From: Coniocarpon cinnabarinum
Lineage: Eukaryota
Direction: 5' to 3'
DNA length: 64,000 nucleotides
Assembly (NCBI GenBank): GCA_051942205.1
Contig: JAVECO010000081.1
Span: forward strand, 1-64,000
Shown one piece after another: positions 23,874 to 38,099 of the stretch (positions are counted from its first letter, which is position 1; each line of letters opens with the position of its first letter). The notes under the pieces were generated by a model, which saw only the letters and a list, made by a program, of their open reading frames with translations, had not been told where the DNA came from and did no database searches. The position numbers were made by a program, and so were the translations under genes.

Positions 23874-25196
23874 TAGCCGCAGCATATCCAAGAATCCAAC
23901 GGGCAACACAATCCCCGAGCGCCTACGAGGAAAAAGCCATTGAAGGAGTTCAGCATTGGGAAAAAAAGTCACTTAGTGTTTAGGGCCTTTGATGAACGAA
24001 GGACAGTCGCACACAAGTAGAGCAGCTCAGGGACTTGAACGCTGGCGGAAGGTTACGTGTAACGCCAGTGATGGGCGTCGCAAGACACCTCGGACCAGAC
24101 ACTCGTCAAGCCACCAGAATGGGCGAACATTGGAGCCTTCGGCAGCGAGACTTGACCACTGCTGTGTGACGGATGTTGGTCTCAGAAGCGTGCGGACGGC
24201 GTGGGCGGCGGGCGCGACAGGTGCGTTGGAGGAGCAAGGTCAAACAGCTGATGTGACGCGCCGGGGTGAGGTGGTGGAAGGGCAATATCGCGGACCAATC
24301 ACGAGGAGGAGCCGTGCGCCTCGTTGACACTGGCCAGTCCTCCTAACCTCTGCGCCAAGCATCGGTCTTTCCGGTGCACTGTCTGCATGACCTGCAATCG
24401 AGGGAGATGATATGCACGCATTACCTCGACGCGTGAGATAGTGAGACGTAAGAGTCAGCTTCGCTATCTATTCCTGGAATCAATTCGTGGTGCGCAGCAG
24501 GAGTGCTCCGTATTGTTGAGGCTGTGCTGTGTGCTACACAAGTCGGGACTAGCTCGAGAGACACGGATGTGTCAATGGAAAAATCGAGACACCGTCTATC
24601 CGGTCTGGCCCAGAGCTACGTGCGCTAGTCGGCGCTTTCAGCCTTGCTTCCCCTGACCTCCGCCAATCACAGCACCTACGCCTCAATCATCTCCCTTTTC
24701 GTGGGACACTCTCTCTGACTTCTCCCCCAATCTTCTCCTGCACTCCTGCACCACCCTCTCGTCCCTCTGCCGCCGGGCCTATCCCATTCCATTCCTCACA
24801 TCGCTCGTTCGTCTCGTCTCGTCTTCTTGCCCTCACCCACGCCTTCGTATTCATTCGCTTGTCAGCTCCGCTGCTCTTCACAGCCTCGACGCTCTTTCAC
24901 GTCTTACTCTTTTCTTTTCTACCATTCTGCATCTTTCTTTCACGACCCGACCCGCCTCCCATTGTCTCCTGATCCAATTCCCAAAAAGGACTCTGGTCCA
25001 TCCATTATCCCACACACACTCGCTCGACACTCCATTCGCTCGTGGTCCTGAGCACCGCTCATCGCTGCCAACCCGGCACTTCCAATTTTCCTGTCGACAC
25101 GCGACTCGGCTGGTCTCGAGGCTCGTGCCCACCGCCGGCCCACTGGGCCATTGACCCTTTCCACGCCTCCTCATCCCCGTCAATTCACACTCGAGG

Positions 25197-27600
25197 ATGC
25201 AAAGCACATCGCTTTTCAAGAGCCTACCTGTACTTGCGCTCGCCTTCATTGGTCTTCTGCCGAAATATGGCTCAGCCGGAAATGTTATTTCGACCAATGG
25301 CTTCGAATCATGCATGCCAAATGGCACTATCGCTGTCAAGAAGATGAATGTTCAGTTTGACAGATCTACAAACAAGATCAACTTTGATGTGGCCGGGTCA
25401 AGTCAAGAGATTCAGAACGTTTCCGCGGCCTTGGAGATCAGCGCCTATGGCAAGCAAGTTTACCAGAAAGGTTTCGACCCATGCGGCACAGAAATCCACG
25501 TCCCTCAACTTTGTCCAGGTAGGTTCTGTCGCCCCGGGAAGACCAAATGTCATGCTAATTCTCGGTAGTTCCCAAAGGCAACTTCGCCGCCCAGGGCTCC
25601 TATCAAATTCCTCAGAATTTGGCGTCCATGATACCAAGTATTGCTTACACCATACCTAACCTCGATGGCGATAGCAAAATGGAGCTCAAGTCAACCAGTG
25701 GCTCCAACAACGGTACAGACGTAGCCTGCATCCACTCGCAGATCACAAACAACAAATCGTTTGATGTTCCTGCGGTGTCATGGGTCGCTGCTGGTATTGC
25801 TGGAGCGGCTCTCATTGCGACCGGTTTGTCAGCAGTCGCTGCTGCGCTCGGCGGCTCACAAGGTCCTGGCTCATCGACATCGAGCCCAACATTCACGGAA
25901 GTCATGTTATGGTTCCAGGGCGTCGCCATGAACGGTATGGTCAGTGTCCAGTATCCGTCCGTGTACGCCAGCTTCAGCAGCAATTTCGCGTTCAGTGCAG
26001 GTTTAATTCCGTGGGCGGGCATGGAAAGATCAATTGACAGTTTTCGCTCCCGCACGGGTGGTAACCTCACCGAGAGCAGCTGGCAAGAGTTGAAAAACGC
26101 GACTTTGATCAATCAGCCACAAAATGACACCAGCTCCATGCTCTCCAAGCGCGGCCTTTTCGATTCTATGGCTGAGGGCACATATCTCATGATTCGAGAT
26201 GGTGTTTCAACCAGCGTGAACGGAAGTCAAACCGACGTTGCCGGTGGAGCACCGAACGACACGGATTCACAGAACTTCCAAAATCAAAAGTTCGTCCAGG
26301 GTATCCAATACTACGCTGAGCAAGCTGCTGTTCCCAAAAGCAATGTTTTCATGACTGCACTTCTGGTCTTCGCCATCGTCATTGCATCGATCATTGCGGC
26401 TATCCTACTCTTCAAGGTCATTCTTGAAGCCTGGGCCCTCTTTGGCAAGTTTCCCAAGAAGCTCACCAGCTTTCGCAAGAACTACTGGTGGATCATTGCA
26501 AAAACGGTCACGAATTTGATCCTGCTGCTATACGGTGTATGGGTCCTGTACTGCATTTACCAATTCCGAGAGGGCGATTCATGGGCCGCAAAGATCCTTG
26601 CTGCGGTCACACTGGCTTTATTTACGGTAGTTCTGGTTGGCTTTACGTGGAAGATCTGGTCTATGGCAAACAAATTCAAGAAGGCCCACGGTGATACCGG
26701 AGAGCTCTACGAAAACAAAGAAGTATGGAGAAAGTACAGCATCTTCTATGACAACTATCGTCGAGGATACTGGTGGCTCTTCATCCCAACCATTATCTAC
26801 ATGTTCGCCAAGGGATGTGTATTGGCTGCGGCTGATGGGAAGAGCACCAACCATTCTCTTGCTCAGACCGCCGCCCTTCTCATCGTCGATTCGATGATGT
26901 TGGTGCTTCTGCTCTTGCTCCGACCCTACAACTTGAAGTCTGGCAACTGGATCAACATTGTCATCCAAGTTGTGCGCGTGATATCTGTTGTGTGCATTCT
27001 GATCTTCGTGGAGAAGCTTGGCTTCTCCCAGACGACTAAGACGGTGACAGGTGAGCAACATATCCTGCAGAAGATCCAATCTGAAATAGACTAACAATGT
27101 TTACAGGTGTCGTTCTTATCGTGCTGCAAGCTGTCATGACAGGTCTATTAGCGATCCTGATCGCCATCAACGCGATCATCAACTGCTGCCGCATGAACCC
27201 GCACCGCAAACAGCGCAAAGAGAATGGTGAGTCGAGCTTCTACTACTTCGTGAAGCCCTCCAAGCCAAAGCTCACATGTTACACAGAAAAAACAAAAGAC
27301 GACCTCACGTCCTTGGACGCCCACAATTCCTTACTTATGTATCCAATGATGAAAGACACCAAGCCCGCCATCCCCAACGTCGAACAAGTCGGTGCCCACG
27401 CTCGCGGCCGCAGCCAACAAGGCTACGACATGCTTCCTCTCCGCGACGAATCAGATCGTCTACTGAGTCCCTCACCAGACCGCCAACCCAATCTCTCAAC
27501 CGTGGCGCACGACCGACAACGCAGCATGAGTCCCGTCGGACCGCGTCAACCGCAATTACCGGACCTAGACTTCAAGGGACGTCCCGGCATGGCGATTTGA
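25197..27600 (+). CDS. FLC/TRP-like (flavin carrier / Pkd2-like) membrane protein, 4 exons
   Basis: Signal peptide; ML-like domain (FDPC....PQLCP|V, IPSIAYTIPNLDG); WFQGVAMNGM.SV.YP.VY.SF..NFAFS; multi-TM C-terminal half. Confidence 0.9.
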
Positions 27601-28429
27601 AAAGATTACGCAAGAGACTTGGGGAGAGCGCAGCATTGATTGGGTCTCGATTACGGCTTTTTATACGTCACTATCATCATTTGTCGAGCTTTTCAGCGAG
27701 TGTTTCTGTTTGATTAGTGTAGATACTGCAATTTGGGAGATTGAAGGAGGGGGTGGCTCTGTAATCGTTGTGATGGATGATTATGTAGATGCCCTGTGGG
27801 CTAATTGACGATCATCTGAATTTCCTGCACCACGCACGTGTTGCTGTTTCAGCTCTTGTTTCTGCCGCTGTTCTTGTGCTTGTTCTTGTTCTCGTCCTTG
27901 TCGTTTGGGGTCATGCTTTGGTCGATCTGGTGAGGGCTATGGGCCACATCCACACGCAAGCGTCGTGCTCTTCAGGGACGTCTGTCACACGCATCCAACA
28001 TACCTCATACTTAATCATGATTCAAATGTAGCTCGAGCCACAAAGATACCGGAGTCGCCATGCTTGTAATGCGTGAGTTCCCACCAAAGTCAGGCCATTT
28101 CAATGCGTTGCTCAATCTACGATAATCGTCATCTACGGCGTTGACTAGACGTGAGAGTGCACGTGTCGTCACGAGGCCCTCTCCAGGTCTCTAAGCTCCA
28201 TGGTTTTTTGCAATTGGACTAGTTTTGTTAATTTACACGAGCTCGATGTCGGTCTTGCGTAGCTGGACCGCTGATCGCCGACCCTTTCATTTCATCGCTT
28301 CGTCTCTTCAGCATACGACCCTCCCCGCTCTGGTCTTCTTTACGTCCCCGAGTCTACGCCCCTTCACGTTCATCCCCTCAACACCCCCTCAAAGCTATAG
28401 TGAATTCACATCCGACCCCTCGCATCACC

Positions 28430-31400
28430 CTATGACGACCCGCCCATCTCCTCCGTCATCTCCAGAAAACAATCCATCCACCTCTGCAAAAACAGAGGCA
28501 AAGCCTCACCCGGTCTCTTCCATTTCCGTGCTTGAATCTCGTCGAGACGTCTCCTCAAAAGTTTGAGGACTGTGAATGTCTTCCAGGGACCGATGATGGC
28601 GTTGACGTCGCGCATCGCCTCTGGCTCTTCGCCCTTCCCTGCATCAGCCACGTCGATGTTAGCACGGGCATCATGACCGTTGGTCTCGACTCCGATATTA
28701 GCTTTGCGTTTCGGCGGAGGCGTATCGACACCGAACCGCAATTTGCCCCCATCGATCCCCAAGACGAAAGCAGTCGGATACCAGATCACGCTCCCGACGC
28801 CCAACGCCAACATCAGAGGAGAAACCGGCGTCAGACTATGTGCATTGAAATGGCGCGCCCCGCCACTCTGCAGGATGCTGTAAAAGCTCAGATATTTGAT
28901 GCGTTCCGCGTGCGGCGGCGGGGAGAGCCGCAGCATTGATGTCGGATGGAGATAGATGCTCTGATTGGAGCCGACGTTGCGCCAGCCCTTGCCGTCGCGG
29001 ACAAGGAGTTTGGGATAGAAGGACCAGCTGATGACGGCGGTCACGAGCATTGGGTTTGCATTCTGCGCATTGTAGTCTGAGAGCACGGGCACGAATCTGC
29101 GTTTACGCCCTGGTGCGAGGTTCGTGTTCGCGACGCGGGACAGTTCATGGCGCTCAGAGGGAGAGAGGGCAACAAGATTGGTATCTTCGAGCGCCGTGAG
29201 GAGTTGTGCCTTGATGTCTTCGATGGTGGCGAGAGACTGGGGCGAGAGGCTGTTTTTGCGACAGAATTGCGTTTCGGCCATGGTGCCCTCGGTGCAGGTG
29301 CGGCGCCAGGCGGTGTAGGCATTGTATTCGGTCAGGAGGTCGGAGTCGTGTTTCTTGAATGCGGCCCGCGCCAGGTCCGTTTGCTTGCGCATGTGTGGCG
29401 AAGTGACGAAGGGTGATCTGGACGTGAGCATTGCCGCAAGCGTGAGCGTCACGTCAAGACAGGAGAAGACGGCGCCGTAAAGGGTGAGTTTACCCAGGTA
29501 AGGGTCCAGTGGGAGTTTAGCGAGGTGCTGACCAAGCGGTGTCAAGTCTTCTGACTTCGTGAGAGCGTCGACATCCTTGAGGGAATCGATGGCGCGTTGG
29601 ATGTTCTTCGCGGAGGGCGGATCCAGAGCCTGGGAAAGGGTCTCTTGGATGTCACCGAGCCTGCAAACTTTGACACGCATGATGAGGTCTTGCAGGCTCA
29701 ACCTGAGCATCTCCGGTGTCTGCTCTTCTGCCATCCTCTCGTCGTGGCGTTGGCGTGTAAAGAGATGGAAACACAGACCCTCCTGTACACGGCCGGCTCT
29801 GCCACAGCGCTGTTTAGCATTGGCGCGACTAATGAAGGATTCCACGAGGCGAGAAATCTGACGGCGCTCGTCGTAGCGCATTTCTTTGTGCGTGCCTGTG
29901 TCAATCACGGATGTGATGTCAGGTATTGTTATCCCGGTCTCGGCAATGTTCGTGCTGAGTATGATCTTGCCTTGTCCTCGCGGGGGTGGCGCAAAAGCTG
30001 CTTGCTGGTCTTCTGAAGCGATAGATGAGTGCAGCATATGAACGTAGAAGCGCTTTGCTAAATCTGAGCCCGAGAGCACACTGTGCATGGCTCTGATCTC
30101 GGCAAGACCGGGCAAGAAAACCAAGATAGCTTGACTGTAAGCCTTGTAATCTGCATGACTGGCAATTTTCGTGATAAGCTTCAATACTAGATCGTAGTCG
30201 ATGCGATACTCGTTCCATTTCGACAACGTCTGGCGAGTTTTGGAGCTGTAATTTGCAAGATATTTTCGACCATCATTTGAGGGGCGTTGATCTTGACTGT
30301 CAGACCCAGCGTCTTCATCTGTGCCCTGCTCGAAGTCTTCTACAGTGCCTGCGTGCCCCGTCAATTCGATCGCATCTTCTAGAAACTTGCGATTTACGGG
30401 AAAGGTACGGCCTGGGACGTTGAGGACTGGGGCCCGGTAGAAGTATTTTGAAAATTTGTCAGCATCGACAGTCGCACTCATCAAGATCACTCTGAGCTCG
30501 GGCCGTGACTGCAGCAGCTTATGCAGGATGATCAGCAGGAAATCTGTTTCAATGCTTCGCTCGTGTACTTCGTCGACCACGATATGAGTCACATCCGCGA
30601 ATCCTGCTCGTGATTCGAGCATCCTCAGTACTATGCCAGTTGTCGCATAAACGAGTCTTGTACTGTCAGCAGTCTGCGACTCCAGCCGAATCGCGTAGCC
30701 GACTAGTGACCGCGAAGTTCCAAGGTCTCTTTTGTCCTCACCTAGCTCTTGGCTCACCCGCTGAGCCAAAGTGATTGCAGAAATACGCCTTGGCTCCGTA
30801 CAGTATACCTTACAGGATTTACCTGTAGAAAGGTGTCAGCAGGCGCAGAAATCCGTTTTGCGTCAGCAGGATCAACAGAAGCAGTCGCCTATTGTTTGAG
30901 CCTTGAAAGGAAGCAAAGCATCAGGTTGATAGCGGCTGAGATCATAAATGGCAAGCCAAGAACCCTTCGTACAGCACGCTCCTGAACAGATATTTCATGC
31001 CAGACAGGAAGAAATATAGCAAAAAGATACTAAATTTGCAAAGCTTACCTTGAGACAGCTCATGTTCAAGAATGAACGCCGGCAATTGAGTGCTCTTGCC
31101 ACACCCCGTCTCGCCACGAATGATGGTAATTTGATGCTGATCAATTGTCTTCATCATCTCGTCCTTGAATTGCCACATTGGCAGGTTCTGCCTTCCCTGC
31201 AGCATTTGCTTATAGGAAGGATTATTGCACTTCTGTACCCATAGCTCTACGAGATCGGCGCTGGATGAAATCTGGGTGGGACGTTGGGTGTGAGCGTTCG
31301 AGGGCGCATTGGCGCCGGCTCGCTGTTTGAAATTCTTTCTAAGAACGACATCATCGCTTGAGTCATCTTCATTTTGAGCATCTATCACAGCTTTAATATG

Positions 31401-33470
31401 ACGCACGCAGTCCTTCTCAGCATTTTCAACTTGACGCTTATATGCGCCAGCAAGCTCACCCCACAAGTCTTTCCAGGCAGTGGCCAAGCGCAAATAAGAT
31501 TTGTCCTCTTTTCCTGTTGCGACTGAAATCTGGTAAAGCGCGAACACTGCCATAAATGAGGTACTTTGGTTGGCGTCCGGCGTGGCAATGTGCTGCATGG
31601 TAAATGTGGAAACGCGTGGTCTCATGTCTGTCTCGACGGCGTGGTATTTGAGACTTTCAGACCATTCTTTCGACTTGCTCCACCGTATTTGCAAGCGATG
31701 GCGATTCGAAAAGGCGGTTGAAGAGATCAATTTGTATGTGAATTGGGTGTCACCGTCCCTGTAGAGGTGGTTAGCAAGTGCGGGCAGAGTAGATACGTGG
31801 GGGATTTCTCTTACCTAGCTCTGCAAGCATCTTCTAACACACGGCGAGGATCGACACCTCCTGGATTGCCAAAGTCTCGAATAGATACATTAGTGGTCCC
31901 GTTTGTATCTGCCTTAGCCGCAACATTATCATCTGCATCACCGAAAGCAGTGGCACCGAAGAGGTCGGCAAGCGCCTGATCGTCATCTGACTCCTGTGTT
32001 CCATTAGGCTCTTCCACAGATGCTGACTCCGAAGAGTTTGGATTGAAATGCTGCTTTGCTTGGTTCATTGCCGCATCGGCGTCAGACTTGGGCGGCGAAG
32101 CAATTTCCTCGACCTGCAATCTCCGACGCTCAGCCTGGTCCCGAGCCAGAAGTATGCGTTGGTTCTCCCATTGCGCATCTGCTGATGTTTTGTCAAAGAG
32201 AGGATCCGACTCAATCTTCTGAAGCTTATTCTGCAGCTTCTTTGCTCCTGGGCCTTGCGCTGGACATGGCGTCGATTGCCCGGTTCGACCTTTCTTTCGT
32301 TTGCCGCCAGCTCTCGACTGTTCTAATTCCGGCTCAAGCTCGAATAGTCTGGTCCTCGTGGAGAGATACGCAGGCTGTAGCTCATCAGGTTCCAACCCAT
32401 CCTCGAGATCGCTCACCTCAAAGTCCTGTTCCGGAGGTAGAGACGCTGCGACATCAGTGTCCGGACCTGCTTTCATGGTTTGCATGAAGTCATCCGACGT
32501 TGTTGGTGAGTCACTCTGTTCATCAAGATCCTCGTCACCTGTGTACCACCATTGTTAGCACGATAAACCATGTGTCCGCAAAGCAACACCAACACCAGAC
32601 ATCCTCGAGTCGATCTTCCACATCCACATCTGCAATGACTACACACACATCGATAGGCGTTCTGCAATTCAAGGGCATGACATGTGTTCTTTGCAACATT
32701 CCCGTGTGCTTACCGGTGTCTTTTGATCTACCAGCAACATCTTTCGGCTTGCCCGTGCGCGAGTCAAATACCGGCAGATCCTGCTCTGCTGACATTATAG
32801 CGAGCCACTCGGTACTATAATCCAACCCCCAAATCCGGCCGTCTGAGTCAACCGAAGGTGGATACCTAAGCACATGCTTAATGGCCTGTTCGATCAGCTC
32901 CGGTCCAAAGCTGAGCTCCTTCAGCGTTTTCTGCAAGGTCCAAAGTTTGGCTACGAGATCACCACTCTGCTTCATCGGGCCTGCAGTGCTGAATTCAAAA
33001 TGGTGACGGCCGCATTCGAGGTTCTCGCATGTAAGTTGCAATAGCATAGATAGCTTCCGCTCAGGCAAAACATATTGGCATTGCAAACCTTGAGCTTGGC
33101 TCCGTTTCAGCCGACAGTCTGTTTCTAACTCATTTACCTGGCGTGAACTATCGCGGGATACTTTGCCAGAATACTGTTCCACAAAATGCTGAAGCTCTGC
33201 GTCCACCAGGCGCTCTTCGAGCTCTTCCGGAGAAAGCTCATGCATCTCCTTGGCATTGGCTTCAACATTATCGACGTTCGGACCTGCTAAACCATCACTA
33301 GGAAGTGTGGCAGATGACTTTTCTTCATTGGCTTTTCCTGCAGTCTCTGACTTGGCAATGGGAGACGAGTCATCTTGGGTCTCTGTGGGTTTTGGCTTGC
33401 TGGGCACTGAAGTAGTCGCGACTCCGCGAGCTGGATTGGATGGCTTCTTTTTCTTGCCTTTGGGAGCCAT
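28430..33470 (-). CDS. DEAH-box ATP-dependent RNA helicase, DHX29-like, 4 exons
   Basis: GETGCGKSTQ, CTEPRRISA, VDEVHER, MSAT, LVFLPG, TNIAETGITI, QRCGRAGR and HA2-like region; N-terminus MAPKGKKKKPSNPARGVATTS. Confidence 0.9.
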
Positions 33471-33891
33471 TTGGCGTGTCAAGATATCTTCACGTGCTTG
33501 AAGCGCGGAGAAAGATATATTTACGACTGTACTTGAGTAAATCTTACAGATTCAGGACAGGTAAGCTAAGCTAAACAGCGTTAGAAGCAGACTTAGCGTG
33601 ATGTATGGTGCATTTGATTGGCCAAGAACCAGATTTACATGAAGGTGCTCGCGTGGAAGCACATGCAGTCCTCGTATTATTATGTCTTAAAGCCTAGTGC
33701 TGATCGACAAGATGTGTTCAATAAGGATCCGAGCTCAAAGCAGGCAAGAAGAATGTTAGTCCAACCTGTCCAGACTAGAGCGAGTCTTAGGAACAACATA
33801 ACAAAGACGTGCGTGGGATTTGTGATATATTATACATACTATACACTCGGCCGTGGTATACAGTTAGATCGTTAACTTCCGATGCGCCTTC

Positions 33892-35973
33892 TCAGTCTAC
33901 CTTGAGACTACGGTATATCCGGTTAACAAAAACCCATGAGCTAATGAATGCAATAGTTCCTGCACCTCAAGTTAGTCATGTTCTTGAGATCTGCGTGTAG
34001 ATCATTAAGCACTTACCTCCCAATACGCCAACTCCCACAGCTATCAGCACGCTGTAGCCAAGGTATACTACGCTTGCCACTAAGCCGCCAAGCTTCAAGC
34101 GGCTCGCCCAGAAGACCACTGCGTTCACGAAAACATAAACACCAGTCGCGGCACCCATCCCAAAGCTGCGCCATTGCCAATGGTAATTCTCTGCGCTCAA
34201 TTGGTAGTATACGCCCAGTATACTTGATGTTGCGCATGTCACAATCGCAAGGCCGAAAGAGACGAAGAGGAAGCCAAACATGTAGTAGAGCTTGACCGAC
34301 CAGAGGGATGAGAAGATGAAGAAGAGTTCGCTGAAGATGGCGATGAATGGCGGCAAACCACACAGTAATACTGCTGGAATTGGACGTGCAAGCCATACAC
34401 CGAGACTTGAATGCGTCGACAGACTTGTGCGTGGATCTGGAATTTGGCGCGGGATTTGGTTGACACGCGTTGGGGGCTTGGCCGAAGCGCGTTTGAAGGC
34501 GAACCAGGAACCCAGCAGTGACAATGGCACGGAAACTAGGAACCAAATGCCAATCAGAACGAGCATCGTCGTGACAGGCACAGCGCCCGATGATGCCTTC
34601 GCCCAGAGGAAGAGATCGAGGAGGAAGAACATGCCGAACACAAACGCTGGGAGGACGACAGGTGTTAGTAGCATGTTCCGAAGCCATTCGTCAGCACTGC
34701 CAAGCAGCAGATTCTTGTACATGTAGGAAGAAACGAATCCGCCGATGCTACCGAAGAGGGTGTATAGCAGTATCATGACCGATCCCAGGGCGCCACGGTT
34801 TGAAGGGGATAGGAAACCGAGAAGAGCAAAGACGATCGTGAAACCGGTCATCATGAACAGTTGAGCACCATTTCCAACAAGAACGGATAGGAATAGTGGA
34901 TGACGGGGCGGACGGAAAACATCGCCATGGACGAGCTTCCAGCCTGAATCTTCCTGCACAGAGTCTTCTGGGTCTGAGAGGATGTTGCTTCCCGTCCTGG
35001 CATGGCCATTCGAGTCCGCAAGGTCATTCAAGACGAATGCGTCGAGCTTGTTGTAGCGTGTGATGTCTCTCCTCAGCGTCCGAACAAGAATGACAAAGAC
35101 CGTGCTGGAGAGGAAAATGACGATCAATGCAGCGTTGATCAATGAGAACCAGTGAATCTGAGGGTCGTACACGTGCAGGTAACGGTCCCATCGTGTAGCA
35201 AACGACGTTGGCGACTCACGCCAGATGACACTGTATGTAAAAACGACATCATTTGTGTCGCCATCTTCCTTCAGAATCAGATCCGGACGAGCGCCGCCGG
35301 TGTTGCTGCATTCGCCCTTGCCGCCGCCAAGATCCTTCGAGTCACGATCAGAGTTTGGGTGTACTTCCACGCCAACAACGCGGTATTGACCGCGCATGGG
35401 TTGATGGTAGTCGATGAATATGTCATAATGGTTATTGAAGACCGGTTGCTCGTTGCGGGTGTATCCTAATGAGAAGCCAGGCGTGTACCAGGAGTCTCCA
35501 TTGCTTGTGTCGACCACCTGCTCGCCCGCAGGCAATCCGTCAACAAGCCAATTAATATTGAAGGCCTCTTTGATCCGCTTGTTCACGAATTTGGCTTCGT
35601 TGGCGGTGAAGGTCTGAGGTCCGCAAGCTGGAATGGGCATGCAGGTCACATCTTGCCTCATTCGAAGCTCGATGGAGGAAGATTGTATGCGGTCGCCAAA
35701 GATGATCGAGCCTAGGGATTCGGACTGATATTCAATCTTCTCAGGGCGACAGAAATGTAAGGGTTCAGTATAGTAGTCGAACGAGAAAACGGAACGGACG
35801 GAACTGTCTGCCGATACAGACGGTGTAAGGCGGTTGACGAAGAGGGGAACTTGTTGTCCTTCGCTGTAGGTTGTTGGCGCAACGCCAGGAAGATAGAAGC
35901 CGTCGACAGAGGGTAGTAGGAGAGTTGCTAAAGTAGCCAATAACGGTGCTGGCAAGCGGTCTAAGAGTCTCAT
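33892..35973 (-). CDS. EMP70: Transmembrane 9 superfamily (EMP70/TMN) protein, 2 exons
   Basis: Signal peptide + FYLPGVAP, IHWFSLIN, EDSGWKLVHGDVFRPP, RVNQIPRQIP, ENYHWQWRSF; last exon ends IYRSLKVD*. Confidence 0.95.
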
Positions 35974-36637
35974 GATGGTGGTAGGCAGGTCGGGCGTGTT
36001 GGATGCGTGAAAAGAGAGGTCAGGAATGGATCCTCAAATGCAGCTGGAGCTTCCTGCGCAGCATCGCACAGCCTGTAGAGGCCCTTCTTCACGCTTCAGA
36101 GATTCTGCAGCGGGTTGGCGAAACACGTTGGTATGGAGAAGAGGTATGAGCGGAGCTTCGCCCGATGCTGAGCACAAGGCGCGTGGCGGTTCTGTGAGCT
36201 TCAGGCCACAATCTTAATGTGTCGGTCGGCCTGTCGCAATAGGCGCTTTCAATACCTGATCGGGTTTATTGAAGGAAGGCAATCCTTTGTTAGCGGGAGT
36301 CACAGCTCTCATCAATTCAACGAGGGAGGCTAGGACGCTGGAGCAGCGCAAGATGTGGACCGTGCGTTGCGGCACTGTATGCTCAAGTCACAGGAATCGT
36401 GGAGGTAGAGAGAGATAGCTTCAGTACAAATAAATGCAGACGTCACCTCCAGAGCCAAGTATGGACACGTCAGCGTCAAGGATAGCGCGTCAGTACGCAT
36501 AAACATTATAATACATCCGTTGCTCGTTAGCCATGTGTCGCGTGTGCAGCCCAAAAGCACTCAAAGTCGCTCCACCAACGCCATGCACATATGTTTGACA
36601 CAATCGCATCCCACGATTTGCTGAACAATCACGAAAA

Positions 36638-37400
36638 TCATACGAGGCCATCATACAGGTGCAGAGCCGATACAATGGTTTCGTCCTTCTTCGAGCCCTC
36701 CTTGAACTCCGCCTTATCCAGGCTGCCGTTCTGATCTTTATCCATCATTTTGAAGATCTTCATGACCCTCTTCTCGGGCGTGTCTTCGTCTTCCGGGAGC
36801 TTAACCATGGATCCGACCTATCTTTGTGTCAGCCATGCTCATCTCGAAGGGCACACCCATGTTGCTTACCATTTTGTATATCGCCTCGACAATTTGTAGC
36901 ATTTCGTCATACGTGATTCGACCGTCCCCGTCGATGTCATACAATTGGAACGCCCAGTCCAGTTTGTCTTCCATTTGTCCTCTACTTGTAACCGATAACG
37001 CGCAAATGAACTCTTTAAAGTCGATGGTGCCGGACTTGTCCGAATCAAAAACGTTGAAGACAAAGTCTGCGAATGACGAAGGATCGCCAAATGGGAAGAA
37101 TTGCCTGTAGATTTTCTGGAACTCGTCTTTCCGAAGCATGCCGCTTGGACAGTCCTTTAGGAAGCCTGTTCGCAACCAACACTCAGCACAATTCGCGAGG
37201 TGAGAAATGCGCAGTCGGAGCAGGTTTTGGTAGGCTCACCTTTGTACCATTGCTGCAACTCTTTCTTGTCAAATTGAGTCGCGTCTTGGAGATCTTGCAA
37301 TTCTTGCTGCGACAGCTTGCTCTGGCTATACAGCGGGTCGTCAGTCTCTGCTTCCGAGTCGCGAAACGTAGAGTGTGCCAAGCACTTACGACTTGCCCAT
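36638..37400 (-). CDS. NCS1: Neuronal calcium sensor / frequenin homologue, 4 exons
   Basis: MGKS|QSKLS (myristoylation motif), [16 protein letters not shown] hands [36 protein letters not shown]; ends LYDGLV. Confidence 0.97.
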
Positions 37401-38099
37401 TGCGCCGCGCTGCAAAGCTCGACCTGATCAATAATATGCGCGCTGATCGCTCGAACTCGCAACGCAGGTAAAGCGCGAGAAGACTTGTCGGAGGCAAAGG
37501 TAGGAAACCGGTATCACACGGTGATTCTGCGGGGGCCTGAAGGCTGCAGTGGGGCAATGGGTGGCAATAGTAGCACGGTGGGGCGGACAACAGCCAGCAC
37601 AGGTGCAGAATGGAAGCGAGGGCAGGCGTAAAGTGTCGAGGATTGGATCTAGATGTCCAAGGAAGCGCTCGGCGTGCAAAGTGATGTGAGGTGGAAGAGG
37701 TGCAGATGCAGGGCAGGAAATGTAACTGTGAAGAGAAGCTTTGAACTGCGTCGAGCTGTCGGCGCTTAATTAGACTTCCCGCCAAGACCCTTGCTGCGCC
37801 ACATTGCTATAGATCCCTCCCAATTGGGCGTTTCATGATAGGTTGCTACTAGGTAGGTGCTGGGCAGTGACTGTTTCAGATGCTCCAATGCGCAGCCCAC
37901 TCGTCCTCGTTGCTCGCGTGAGGGATACATGCTTGCTGTCGAGCAAGAGACACTATTCACAAAGCTTGGACAGCTTCACTGATGCCGCGCCTCCCTCCGT
38001 TGGCATGCTCCTGGCCTCATCCGCAGCAGCCTGACCTCTCCACGCCGCTCCGCAACCTCTCAACCTTCCATATCACTGCCCAACGCCACCGACGAAACC

